Of a stretch of 64,000 nucleotides of DNA, positions 28,676 through 38,076 are shown piece after piece. The position numbers and the translations under genes were made by a program. The notes beneath the pieces are model-generated. The model saw nothing but the letters and a program-made list of their open reading frames with translations. It did no database searches and was not told the DNA's origin. This DNA comes from Candidatus Latescibacterota bacterium (GTDB lineage Bacteria; Latescibacterota; UBA2968; UBA8231), in assembly GCA_965221775.1 (NCBI GenBank), contig CBDCSU010000004.1:800001-864000 (forward strand), in the 5' to 3' direction. Numbering within the stretch: position 1 is the first letter of the stretch; the number at the start of each line of letters is the position of its first letter.

Positions 28676-31600
28676 CTATTGGGCATCCTTCCCCGGGGAA
28701 ACCCCGGAGGCGTGGCTGGCAGACCGGTCATGGGTGGCCGGGACCTTCCGAGAGATGCGCCCCCCCGAGAGGTACGCCGCCATGTCCCACAGCAGAATGG
28801 TGCCGTCCCAACTGCCGGTGGCCAGGATGGACCCGTCGGGGGAGAAGGTCGGCCACGCCAGCCACGAGTGGCCCTCCAGGGAGGTCCTGAGTTGGCCGCT
28901 GGCGACATCCCACACCCGGACAGACCCCAGCCCCCCGTCACTGCAGACGAGGACGCTCCCGTCGGGGGAGAAAGCCATGGAGGTGGGGTGCTCGACAAGG
29001 CCCTCGAGAGTTGCCTTCCGTTGACCGCTGGCGACGTCCCACAGGTGGATCCCCGCCTCCTCACGAGGCCATCCGAATCCACTGGCCAGTGTGGATCCAT
29101 CGGGCGAAAAGGCCAGGTGGTACACCCGTCGATTCCCGTCCCACAGTCTGTCCCGGATCTCGCCGCTGGCCACGTCCAACAGAATGATCGTCGACTCGAG
29201 CCGGCTGGCACTGGCCAGGGTCGCCCCGTCCGGGGAGAAGGCCAGCCAATCGACTTCATCCTCATGCGCCTCGAGAGTGGTCCTCAGCTGACCGTCGGCC
29301 AGGCTCCATAGCCGAACCGTCGGGTCCCTGGGGCCGCCACCACTTGCCAGAGTGGCGCCGTCCGGCGAGATCGCCAGGGAGTTTATGAAGGTCGTGTGTC
29401 CCTTGAGGGTTGCCCGATGGAGGCGGCTGGGCACATCCCACAGCCAGATGGTGCTGTCCTGCCAGTCTGCAGTGCTGGCCAGGGTTGAGCCATCGGGCGA
29501 GAAGGCCAGCCGGGTGACCCTGGTGTCGTGGCCATCGAGAACCGCCTCGGATTGGCCTCTCTCGACGTCCCAGAGCCGGATTCTTCCACCATCGCCGCTG
29601 GCAAGCGTGCTTCCGTCCGGCGAGAACGCAATCGCTGCGGGGGAATGGTCGCTTTGCAGGGTGGCTTGAGCCTCGCCGCTGGTCCTCCACAGTCGAATCC
29701 TGCGGCTGTCGACACTGGTCAGGACGGACCCATCTGGCGAAAAGGCCAACAACCCGCCCTCGGAATCATGCTTCAGGACCGTCTGCAGGTGGCCGCCCGC
29801 CACGTCCCACAGATGGACCTTGTCCCCCCGGCTCGTGGTGCTCGCCAGACTGGACCCATCCGGCGAGAACGCCAGGGAGTAGCCCTTGTCCCCGGGGCCT
29901 TCGAGTTCGTACGTGCCCAGATGAATGGCCCTCTCATAGCCGCTGCTGGTGGCAAGGGACCCATTCGGCGAGAAGGCCACCGAAAGGACCGGATGTATAA
30001 CGTCCCACGACTGGGTGAATCGGCTGTGCTCCCAATCCTGGCGGCCCCGGCGGATTTCTGCCTTTCCGGTGGTCACATCCCACAGGTAGACCGCGTTGTA
30101 TTCCGCGGCGCTGGCCAGGGTCGACCCATCGGGGGAGAAGGCTACCGAGGCGACGTATCCATGGTAGGGCAGATCGGCCTTGAGTCGACCGCTGGCCACA
30201 TCCCACAACTGGATCGTCGGCTTGTCCTTGAAGTCCCCACTGGTCGCACTGCCCCCGGCGAGGATGGCGCCATCCGGCGAGAAGGCCATTGAAGTGGGAG
30301 GTTTGTGGCTCTTCAGGGTGGCCCGGAGTCGGCCGCTGGCCACATCCCACAGACGAAACGTCTCGTCCTCCCACCCACCCGCACTGGCAAGGGTAGCCCC
30401 ATCCGGCGAGAACGCCACCGAGATGACCCGTCCCTGATGTCCTTCCAGAATAGCCTGAATGCGACCGCTGGCCACGTCCCACAGCCGAATGGTCCTGTCG
30501 GAGCCGCCACGGGCCAGGACCGCCCCATCCGGGGAGAACGCCACCGAAGTAGCGGACTCCCCGGGCCCCGTCAACAAGCCGGCTTCGTCGCCGGTGCGGG
30601 CGTCGTAGAGCCAGATGCCGATACTGCCGGCCACGGCCAGCAACTCGCCGTCTGGGGAATAGGCCACGGCCCGGTCGCCTTCTGCGATCGAGCCCTTTCC
30701 CAGGCGGGCGAGGGCCCCCTCGGGCAGTCTCCAGAGGTGGTAGGCCGATAGCTCGGGGGGCCAATCCTCCTCCACCACAGGGGTTCCATGCAGGGCCAGA
30801 ACCACCGGGGTGCCCAGGCCCGAGCTCACCAGGACCTCGACGGCCGTGCCGTCCAGATTGCAGCGCTTGATGCGGTTCCGGCCCGAGTCGGTCCAGTAGA
30901 CCCTGCCTTCGACCCCATCCACCGCCAGACCTCGGGGAGTGAGCAGGAGCGTAGTGACGAGGTCTTCCACATCGGAGCCGTCCAAGTTGCTCCGCTGGAT
31001 CCTGTCCGCGCCCGAGTCGGTCCAGTAGAGCTTGCCACGGGCCGCGTCCAGCGCCAGCCCGGAGGGAGTGACCAGGCCGGTGGTGACCACGTCCTCGACC
31101 TGGGAGCCGTCCAGGTTGCTCCGCTGGATCCTGTCCGCGCCCGAGTCGGTCCAGTAGAGCTTGCCCCCGGCCGCGTCCAGCGCCAGCCCGGAGGGAGTGA
31201 CCAGGCCGGTGGTGACCACGTCCTCGACCTGGGAGCCGTCCAGGTTGCTCCGCTGGATCCTGTCCGTGCCCGAGTCGGTCCAGTAGAGCCTGCCCCCGGC
31301 CGCGTCCAGCGCCAGCCCGGAGGGAGTGACCAGGCCGGTGGTGACCAGGTCCTCGACCTTGGAGCCGTCCAGGTTGCTCCGCTGGATCTTGTCCGTCCCT
31401 CTGTCGGCCCAGTAGAGCTTGCCCCCGGCCCCATCCACCGCCAGCCCGGCGGGAGCCACCACACCGGTGACCACATCCTCCACCTGCGAGCCGTCCCGGT
31501 TGGCCCGGTGGATCCGGTCCGTTGTCCAGTCCGCCCAGTAGATCTTTCCCTCCTCGGGCGAGATCAAGGGAGCCACCGGCATCCCGATGCCGGCCGGCAG

Positions 31601-32536
31601 CAGCGGACTGGAGGGGTCGACGCTGTGGATCAGCAGCAGCCAGGCGTCACTGATATCCACCCGGCCGTCGCCGTTTACATCGCCCAGGGCGATGTCGCCC
31701 TCGTTGGGCATGACCGTGGAAGAATCGAAGCTGTACAGAGCCACCAGAAGGGCATCGGCCACGTCCACCCTTCCGTTGTTGTCCACATCCCCCAGCAGGC
31801 GGTCCGTGGGCGTGGAGGCCCTCTTCGCCGCCGGGGAGCCGCCCAGCCTCTGGACGACGAGGTCCACCTCGCCGCCGCCCGCCGGCACCTGGAAGCCCGG
31901 GTCCACGTAGGGCGTCAGTCCGGCGCCCGAGACGACCAGACCATAGACCGGGCCCGCCTCAAGCAGGCTCCTGTCCCAGACACCCCGGCCCCCCGGCGCC
32001 ACCGCCGGAACTCCCGCCTGGCCGTCCAACAGTACCATGCGCCCGGTCCGGGTGTCGTCACCGGCGCGCAGGCGGTAGAGGTAGACCCCGGCTGCCGCCG
32101 CCCGGCCCACCGCGTCCGTGCCGTGCCAGCGCGCGGAGTGGTATCCCGCCGGTTGCGGGCCGTCCACGAGCGTGGCAATGCGCTGACCCAGCAGGTTGAA
32201 GACCTCCAGCCGCACGTGGGCCGCGGTTGGCAGCTCGTACGGGATGATCGTGGCGGGGTTGAAGGGATTGGGGTAGTTCGGCCCCAGGTGGAGGTGTTGA
32301 GGCAGCGTGCGGGCACCGGAGGACAGGGCCCCGGCGGGGAGGGTGAAGCGGCCGGATGCGTCGGTGGTTGCCCTGGCCGGAGGAGCCCGCAGATCGGCCA
32401 GGTCGAAGAGGAGCACCCGGGCGCCGGCGGCGGGCTCTCCGGAGGCCAGCCGCACCCGGCCCTCGAGGACGGGCTCGGCGCCGGCTTGGGAAGACAGCAG
32501 GGCCGCTGCCAGGAAACCGGCGAGTGTGCAACGCAT
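28676..32536 (-). CDS. Large secreted mosaic protein: FlgD/CTD-like Ig, dockerin, LDLR-B (YWTD) propeller and WD40 propellers
   Basis: Signal peptide; NYPNPFNP...FNLLGQ; GDVDNNGRVDVAD x2; YWTD repeats; many VAFSPDG..LAS..D..I.LWD repeats. Confidence 0.9.
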   Translation of the reverse strand: MRCTLAGFLAAALLSSQAGAEPVLEGRVRLASGEPAAGARVLLFDLADLRAPPARATTDASGRFTLPAGALSSGARTLPQHLHLGPNYPNPFNPATIIPYELPTAAHVRLEVFNLLGQRIATLVDGPQPAGYHSARWHGTDAVGRAAAAGVYLYRLRAGDDTRTGRMVLLDGQAGVPAVAPGGRGVWDRSLLEAGPVYGLVVSGAGLTPYVDPGFQVPAGGGEVDLVVQRLGGSPAAKRASTPTDRLLGDVDNNGRVDVADALLVALYSFDSSTVMPNEGDIALGDVNGDGRVDISDAWLLLIHSVDPSSPLLPAGIGMPVAPLISPEEGKIYWADWTTDRIHRANRDGSQVEDVVTGVVAPAGLAVDGAGGKLYWADRGTDKIQRSNLDGSKVEDLVTTGLVTPSGLALDAAGGRLYWTDSGTDRIQRSNLDGSQVEDVVTTGLVTPSGLALDAAGGKLYWTDSGADRIQRSNLDGSQVEDVVTTGLVTPSGLALDAARGKLYWTDSGADRIQRSNLDGSDVEDLVTTLLLTPRGLAVDGVEGRVYWTDSGRNRIKRCNLDGTAVEVLVSSGLGTPVVLALHGTPVVEEDWPPELSAYHLWRLPEGALARLGKGSIAEGDRAVAYSPDGELLAVAGSIGIWLYDARTGDEAGLLTGPGESATSVAFSPDGAVLARGGSDRTIRLWDVASGRIQAILEGHQGRVISVAFSPDGATLASAGGWEDETFRLWDVASGRLRATLKSHKPPTSMAFSPDGAILAGGSATSGDFKDKPTIQLWDVASGRLKADLPYHGYVASVAFSPDGSTLASAAEYNAVYLWDVTTGKAEIRRGRQDWEHSRFTQSWDVIHPVLSVAFSPNGSLATSSGYERAIHLGTYELEGPGDKGYSLAFSPDGSSLASTTSRGDKVHLWDVAGGHLQTVLKHDSEGGLLAFSPDGSVLTSVDSRRIRLWRTSGEAQATLQSDHSPAAIAFSPDGSTLASGDGGRIRLWDVERGQSEAVLDGHDTRVTRLAFSPDGSTLASTADWQDSTIWLWDVPSRLHRATLKGHTTFINSLAISPDGATLASGGGPRDPTVRLWSLADGQLRTTLEAHEDEVDWLAFSPDGATLASASRLESTIILLDVASGEIRDRLWDGNRRVYHLAFSPDGSTLASGFGWPREEAGIHLWDVASGQRKATLEGLVEHPTSMAFSPDGSVLVCSDGGLGSVRVWDVASGQLRTSLEGHSWLAWPTFSPDGSILATGSWDGTILLWDMAAYLSGGRISRKVPATHDRSASHASGVSPGKDAQ
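30975..31450. repeat. 129-bp intragenic tandem repeat encoding YWTD blades
   Basis: Near-identical units starting near 31021, 31150 and 31279, with more diverged flanking copies. Confidence 0.9.
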
Positions 32537-32788
32537 GGCCTCCACTCCGTGGAAAGGACAGGGAGAACTAACACACCGGCTATCCAGGAATCCAAAGGGA
32601 TGGAAGGGGCTCCCTTGCAGACCATACCGGCATGGGTGCGTCGCCATAGCGTCCACCAAGCGCTGACCTATCTTTCGCCGCCTTGAGCCCTCCCAGGCTC
32701 CCGAGCATCTCCTCCCATCTCCTCAGCTGATCATGATTCGACTCGAGACAGACCGACTGGCGGCCGAGATCCCGGCCGCCCCGCTCCC

Positions 32789-34372
32789 ATGACCGGCGCC
32801 GAGAGCGTCGTCCAGGCGCTGACCGCCGCCGGCGTCCGCCATCTCTTCGCCCTCTCCGGCAACCAGAACCTGCCGGTCTTCGACGCCTGCATCGGCAGCG
32901 GCCTCCGGCTCATCCACACCCGCCACGAGGCCGCGGCGGTGCACATGGCCGACGGCTGGGGCCGCCTCACGGGCGAGCCGGGGGTGGCCCTGCTCACCGC
33001 GGGGCCCGGCCACTCCAACGGCGTCACCGGTCTCTTCGTGGCCCGGGCCGCCGAATCCCCCCTGGTGATGATCAGCGGCCACAGTCCGCTCGCGCAGGCG
33101 GGCATGGGGGCCTTCCAGGAGCTGGACCAGGCGGCCATGGCGGCGCCCGCGGCCAAGTGGTCCCACACGGCCGACGGGTCCGAGCCGCTGGCGGATCTCG
33201 TCGCCCGGGGGCTGCGGACGGCGGTCAGCGGCCGCCCCGGTCCCGTGCACCTCAGCCTGCCCATGGACCTGCTGCAGGCAGAGACGGAGGCGCGCTCGCC
33301 CTCGACGGCGGAGATCCTGCCCGACGAGGGACCACTGCTGAGCGAGGGCGAGGCCGGAGACATCCTCGACCGCCTGCAGAGCGCCGCCCGTCCCCTGATC
33401 CTGGCCGGCCCCGCCATGTCGCGCGGCCCCCGCTGGCAGGCGGTGCAGGGCCTGCAGTCGGCCACCGGCGTGCCGGCCCTCCCGTGCGAGAGTCCCCGCG
33501 GGGTCGACGACCCCTGGCTTCGCGGCACCACCCGACGCCTGGCCGAGGCTGATCTCCTGCTGCTCATCGGCAAGAGGCTGGACTTCTCCCTCCGTTTCGG
33601 TGAGCCTCCGGCCTTCTCCGAGTCCGCCCGCTTCCTCTCGGTCGACGCCGAAGAAGCTCTGGACCCCTCCCGCCTGGAGGGCTGCTTCCGCGCCGACCCA
33701 ACCGAGGCCGCAGCCACCCTCACCGACGCCGCGGCGCAGCGGAACTGGGAAGCCAGCCCCTGGGGACGGCAGGTCCGGGAGGCGCGCGCCGAGCCGCCGG
33801 AGTGGCGGGCCCACCGCGCCAGCGGCGCATCACCGATCCACCCGCTGGCGCTCTGCGAGCGGCTGCAGCCCTTCCTGGACCAGGACGGCGTCTTCGTCTG
33901 CGACGGCGGCGAGTTCGGCCAGTGGATGCAGGCGGGGCTCAGCGCCGGGCTGCGGCTGATCAACGGCCCCTCCGGCTCCATCGGCAGCTCCCTGCCCATG
34001 GGCATGGCCGCCAAGGTGCTCCACCCGGATCGCCCGGTCTTCGTCTTCCAGGGGGACGGCACCTTCGGCTTCCACGCCATGGAGATCGACACCTGCCTGC
34101 GCTACGGCCTGCCCGTGGTCGTCATCGTCGGCAACGACGCCCGCTGGAACGCCGAGGTGCAGCTGCAGATCCGCCAGTACGGACCGGACCGCACCATCGG
34201 CTGCGACCTCCTGCCGACCCGCTACGACCGCGTCGCCGAGGCCCTGGGCGGGTTCGGTGAGAGGGTGGAGGCTCCCGGCGAGCTGGCGCCGGCGGTGGAA
34301 CGGGCCCTGGCCAGCGGACTTCCCGCGGTGATCGACGCCACCGTCGATGGCCTGCCGGCCCCGGTGTTCTGA
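32789..34372 (+). CDS. Thiamine-diphosphate-dependent enzyme (ALS / 2-hydroxyacyl-CoA lyase-like)
   Basis: TRHE, TAGPG, GAFQELD, RPGPVHL, GDG...N ThDP motif. Confidence 0.92.
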   Translation: MTGAESVVQALTAAGVRHLFALSGNQNLPVFDACIGSGLRLIHTRHEAAAVHMADGWGRLTGEPGVALLTAGPGHSNGVTGLFVARAAESPLVMISGHSPLAQAGMGAFQELDQAAMAAPAAKWSHTADGSEPLADLVARGLRTAVSGRPGPVHLSLPMDLLQAETEARSPSTAEILPDEGPLLSEGEAGDILDRLQSAARPLILAGPAMSRGPRWQAVQGLQSATGVPALPCESPRGVDDPWLRGTTRRLAEADLLLLIGKRLDFSLRFGEPPAFSESARFLSVDAEEALDPSRLEGCFRADPTEAAATLTDAAAQRNWEASPWGRQVREARAEPPEWRAHRASGASPIHPLALCERLQPFLDQDGVFVCDGGEFGQWMQAGLSAGLRLINGPSGSIGSSLPMGMAAKVLHPDRPVFVFQGDGTFGFHAMEIDTCLRYGLPVVVIVGNDARWNAEVQLQIRQYGPDRTIGCDLLPTRYDRVAEALGGFGERVEAPGELAPAVERALASGLPAVIDATVDGLPAPVF

Positions 34373-34420
34373 GTCGCCGTGGCCGGCTGAGGTCTCGACA
34401 TTTGCGCCAAGGAGGATGAG

Positions 34421-34666
34421 ATGGAACTCTACCAATTGGACTACCTCCTTCACGAACCCTGTGAGGATCAGGGGGGGCTCTATATGGCCGAGGTACCGGA
34501 ACTGCCCGGCTGCCGGGCGTGGGCGGAGACGGCCAACGCCGCCCTGGCTGAACTGTCCATCGTGGCGGAGCAGTTCCTTCTTTCCTACAAGGACAGGGGA
34601 AAACCCTTGCCTGCGGGGATAGCCCGGTCCCTGACCGGAGAGGGCAGGATCTCCGTGGCTGTATGA
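34421..34666 (+). CDS. hicB: HicB-family antitoxin (short)
   Basis: GLYMAEVPELPGCRAWAET...ALAEL..VAE pattern; AAGGAGG RBS. Confidence 0.85.
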   Translation: MELYQLDYLLHEPCEDQGGLYMAEVPELPGCRAWAETANAALAELSIVAEQFLLSYKDRGKPLPAGIARSLTGEGRISVAV

Positions 34667-34872
34667 CGTATCGTGAACTGATCCGGAAGCTCCGGAGACT
34701 GGAGTGCGTCTTCGACCGCCAGGCGGGAGGTTCGCACGAAATCTGGATCAACCCAGCCAACAACCGGGAAACCACCGTTCCAAGACACGGTAACTGGGAC
34801 CTGGCCACGGGAACTGTCCACGGAATCCGAAGAGACCTGGGGATCAGCCGGCAGGACTTCGACCAAGCTTGA
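34663..34872 (+). CDS. hicA: HicA-family toxin
   Basis: GGSHEIW catalytic His, VPRH, GT...I..DLGIS; ATGA overlap with hicB. Confidence 0.9.
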   Translation: MTYRELIRKLRRLECVFDRQAGGSHEIWINPANNRETTVPRHGNWDLATGTVHGIRRDLGISRQDFDQA

Positions 34873-34903
34873 GCAGACCCGGCAGGCAGATACCGTCAGC
34901 CCC

Positions 34904-35995
34904 ATGAAGCCGACCCGAGTCGCCCTGGCCGGCTGCGGGAGCATCTCCGTCGGCGCGCATCTGCCCGCCTGCCGGTCCGCGGCGGAAGCCGGACTATGCG
35001 AGCTGGTGGGTGTATGCGACATCCTCCCCGAGCGGGCGCAGTCGGTGTCGAGCGAGTACGGCGCACCCGGCTTCAGGACATTGACGGAGATGCTGGACGA
35101 GACGCGGCCCGAAGTCCTGAGCATCACCACATTTCCCGACTCTCATATGGAACTGGCACTTCAGGCCTTCAACGCCGGATGTCATGTCCTGTGTGAGAAG
35201 CCGGTGGCCATGAATGCCGGGGAAGCGGCGCAGATGGTGAGGGCCGCGGAGGACGCCGGCCGCCTCTTGAGCGTCTGCTTCCAGTACCGCCACTGGGACG
35301 AGTCGGTCTGGCTCAAGGAGCGCATCGCCGGCGGCGACCTGGGTCACGTCCACTCGATCCGCACCTGGGGCGGCGGCGTGCACGGCTTCGCCACCAACCC
35401 CGACTATCACCGCATGGCCAGGGCCGGAGGCGGCATACTCGCCCACTGGACGATCCACAACCTCGATCTGGCCCTCTGGCTGCTGGACCACCCGGAGCCC
35501 GTCACGGCCAGCGCCTTCTGCCATCAGCGGCTGCGCACCGCCCCCGAGGCGCTCGGGCCTTCCCTCGACGTCATCGACGTGGACACCGTGGAGCCGGAGA
35601 TCGAGGACTTCGCCCTCGCCTTCGTGCGGCTGCGGGGCGGCGCCGTGATCACCGTCGAGGCGGACTGGCTGCAGCCGCCCTCGGAGCGCCACGAAGGGTG
35701 GGAGATCCTCGGCGAGCGCGGCGCGGCCTCCCTGTCGCCTCTCCGCTTCCGCATCGTGAAGGACGGCTCCTGGATCGACGCCGAACCTCCACCCGGCGCG
35801 CTGGCCCCCGGCGGCTACGGCATGGAGCGGCTGTACACGGCGTTCCTGAAGGCGGTGCGCACCGGCGGTCCCTCACCGGTACCGGGCCCGGAGATCGTCC
35901 GCATCCAGCGCCTGATGGACGCCCTCTACGACTCCGCCGCCCGGGAGCGGGAGGTCCCCGTGCGGACACCGAACCACGAAGGAGGCCGGGAATGA
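34904..35995 (+). CDS. Gfo/Idh/MocA family oxidoreductase
   Basis: GCGSI, CEKP, GGGIL..W.IH.LD. Confidence 0.92.
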   Translation: MKPTRVALAGCGSISVGAHLPACRSAAEAGLCELVGVCDILPERAQSVSSEYGAPGFRTLTEMLDETRPEVLSITTFPDSHMELALQAFNAGCHVLCEKPVAMNAGEAAQMVRAAEDAGRLLSVCFQYRHWDESVWLKERIAGGDLGHVHSIRTWGGGVHGFATNPDYHRMARAGGGILAHWTIHNLDLALWLLDHPEPVTASAFCHQRLRTAPEALGPSLDVIDVDTVEPEIEDFALAFVRLRGGAVITVEADWLQPPSERHEGWEILGERGAASLSPLRFRIVKDGSWIDAEPPPGALAPGGYGMERLYTAFLKAVRTGGPSPVPGPEIVRIQRLMDALYDSAAREREVPVRTPNHEGGRE

Positions 35996-36603
35996 GTCTG
36001 ATCTACATCGAGTACTTCAGCCGCCGCCCCGGGGTCGACCTGGACGCCTTCCGGGCGGGGGTCGCCGAGGGCCAGCAGGGATGGGACAGCGGCTACGACG
36101 CCGACCGCCTCGTGCTCAACGCCGGGCGCACCTGGCGGCTCGGGCCCGAGCCCGAGTACTTCGCCGCCTGGCACTGCCCGCGCTCCGGCTTCGACCGCCT
36201 CGACGACTGGGACCGCATCTTCCGCGGCGGCGAGGCCGACCACCTGGAGGGCGCCTTCTTCCGGGTGGCCCGCATCGACGTGGCCGGCTGCTACTCGCCC
36301 CTCATCGAGCCGGTCCACACCCGCGACGGCACCTACTATGTCGAGTTCTTCCGCCCCCGCGCTGATGGAGAGACGATCTCCGCCTTCTACGAGGAGCGCA
36401 CCCGCAGGCATCCCCGCCTGCGGCTGAACCTGCTTCTGCAGCGCATCGGCAAGCTCGCCCCCGAGCCGGGCGGGATCGCCGTGTGGGTGCTGCCGGAGTT
36501 CGCCGCCCTGGAGGAGATCGCGCGTGATCTCGACCGAACGGATGAGCCGGTGGAGCTGGTAACGGCCGGGACCTACGCCGACTTCGGGCGGGAGATTCTC
36601 TGA
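35992..36603 (+). CDS. Hypothetical protein with two similar halves (dimeric alpha+beta barrel-like)
   Basis: GGAGG RBS, ATGA overlap; YIEYFSRRP...RLGPEP is echoed by YVEFFRPR...KLAPEP. Confidence 0.72.
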   Translation: MSLIYIEYFSRRPGVDLDAFRAGVAEGQQGWDSGYDADRLVLNAGRTWRLGPEPEYFAAWHCPRSGFDRLDDWDRIFRGGEADHLEGAFFRVARIDVAGCYSPLIEPVHTRDGTYYVEFFRPRADGETISAFYEERTRRHPRLRLNLLLQRIGKLAPEPGGIAVWVLPEFAALEEIARDLDRTDEPVELVTAGTYADFGREIL

Positions 36604-36622
36604 ACGGCCTGGAGGTTCCCGC

Positions 36623-37846
36623 TCACAGAACCTTCCACCAGGGCGCGGCGAGCACGTCGGGGGCGATCCAGTCCAGCAACTCACCGTCGTGCAGCAGCAG
36701 ACCGGCCCGCGAGCGCTCCCCGTACTCGGCCCGGAAGGTGCGCAGGTGGGCCGTGTCCCGGAGGCGGGGCCGCGCCGTCGCCTTCACCTCGATGGGCAGC
36801 AGGCGGTCTCCCACCTCGATGACGAAGTCCACTTCCTCGCCGATGGTGGTCCGCCAGTAGAAGACCTCGGCGCCGTCCAGACGCGTATCCCGCCAGGCCA
36901 GCAGGTCGTTGAGAACCAGGTTCTCCAGGTGCGCGCCCCGGGGCCCGGCCTCCAGGCTCAGGTGCTGGGCCACGCCGGTGTCGCCCCAGTAGACCTTGGG
37001 TGACTTGATGAGCCGCTTGGTGCGGTTCACCGCGTAGGCGGGAAGGCGCACCAGCAGATACGAGGTCTCCAGCAGGTTGAGGTAGCGGTGCACCGTCGGC
37101 TGCGGCAGAGCCACGTCGCGGCCCAGCTCGCTCTGGTTGAGCAGTTGGCCCAGGCGCAGGCAGGCGGCCCTCATGACCCTGCGGAAGTCGGGCAGGGCCG
37201 AGATGGAGGAGAGAGCCTGCAGGTCCCGCTCCAGGTAGGTGCGCACGTAGCCGTCGAACCAGATCGCCCTTTCCCGGTCCGACTCCAGATGCAGCGCCGG
37301 GGAGGGGAAGCCGCCGCGCCGCGCCAGGGACCGCCAGTCCTCCGGCTGTCCGGGCTCGGCGGCCACCAGCTCGGGCCAGTCCTCGTCCCGGGCCTGGAGC
37401 AGCTCCTCCCAGAGGCCGCCGCGCCCCAGTCCCTGCTGCTCCCGCCGGGTCATGGGCCAGAGGGTCAGGTAGCTGGCCCGCCCGGCGAGGGACTCGGAGA
37501 CCTGGCGCATGAGAAGCAGGTTGGCCGACCCCGTGAGCAGGAACCTCCCCGGCCGGCGCTGTCGATCGATGGCCCGTTTCACCGCGCGCAGCAGGTCCGG
37601 CTCGCGCTGCACCTCGTCGATGGTCACCGGCTGGTGGCCTCCCAGGAGCGCTTCGGGGTCGCGGCGGGCCTGCTCCTGGGGATCGAGATCGTCCAGGGAG
37701 AAGAACCGGCGCTTTCCCGGAGTCAACTCCTGCGCCAGGGTGCTCTTCCCCGTCTGCCGGGCCCCCGTGACCACAACGGCCGGCATGACTCGGAGTCGTT
37801 CTTCCAGGCTGGCCAGGACCAGTCTTGGCAATGAGATCGAATTCAC
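36623..37846 (-). CDS. AAA+ ATPase with DUF4143 C-terminus
   Basis: GARQTGKS, IDEVQ, LTGSA, ESLAGR, GGFP, KSPK.Y..DTG, EVDF...IEVK. Confidence 0.92.
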   Translation of the reverse strand: MNSISLPRLVLASLEERLRVMPAVVVTGARQTGKSTLAQELTPGKRRFFSLDDLDPQEQARRDPEALLGGHQPVTIDEVQREPDLLRAVKRAIDRQRRPGRFLLTGSANLLLMRQVSESLAGRASYLTLWPMTRREQQGLGRGGLWEELLQARDEDWPELVAAEPGQPEDWRSLARRGGFPSPALHLESDRERAIWFDGYVRTYLERDLQALSSISALPDFRRVMRAACLRLGQLLNQSELGRDVALPQPTVHRYLNLLETSYLLVRLPAYAVNRTKRLIKSPKVYWGDTGVAQHLSLEAGPRGAHLENLVLNDLLAWRDTRLDGAEVFYWRTTIGEEVDFVIEVGDRLLPIEVKATARPRLRDTAHLRTFRAEYGERSRAGLLLHDGELLDWIAPDVLAAPWWKVL

Positions 37847-37877
37847 GGCGTGAATGATATCTATTCACGCCGTGAAT
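37841..37877. promoter_or_regulatory. Perfect 15-bp inverted repeat over the start of the AAA-DUF4143 gene (operator-like)
   Basis: ATTCACGGCGTGAAT-gatatct-ATTCACGCCGTGAAT; each arm is itself a palindrome apart from its central base. Confidence 0.6.
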
Positions 37878-37909
37878 AGCAACGTCTTCAGGCCCAGGGC
37901 ACGTCCCAC

Positions 37910-38004
37910 GCCGGCCGATGCACGCGCACGGGGGCGGGTACTCTGGGCGTCGTCTCTGCCGACGCCACGGGCCGGCCGATGCACGCGCGCGGGGTCGGGT
38001 AGTC
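37910..38004. repeat. Two imperfect direct repeats with a 61-bp period around a small hairpin
   Basis: GCCGGCCGATGCACGCGC at 37910 and 37971; GGCGTCG/CGACGCC stem between them. Confidence 0.6.
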
Positions 38005-38076
38005 GGCACGGGATCCGGGGGATGCGCGCAGGTCAACGCCCTGACGCCGGTACGCGCGCCCCCGAGAGCGGAGCCG

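Noticed and set aside
30975-31450. 129-bp repeats as CRISPR or DGR template/variable repeats
   Set aside because: They are in-frame YWTD coding repeats; no reverse transcriptase in the window and no obvious adenine-specific variation
37910-38004. Mini-CRISPR
   Set aside because: Only two degenerate copies, a self-complementary spacer, and no cas or leader context
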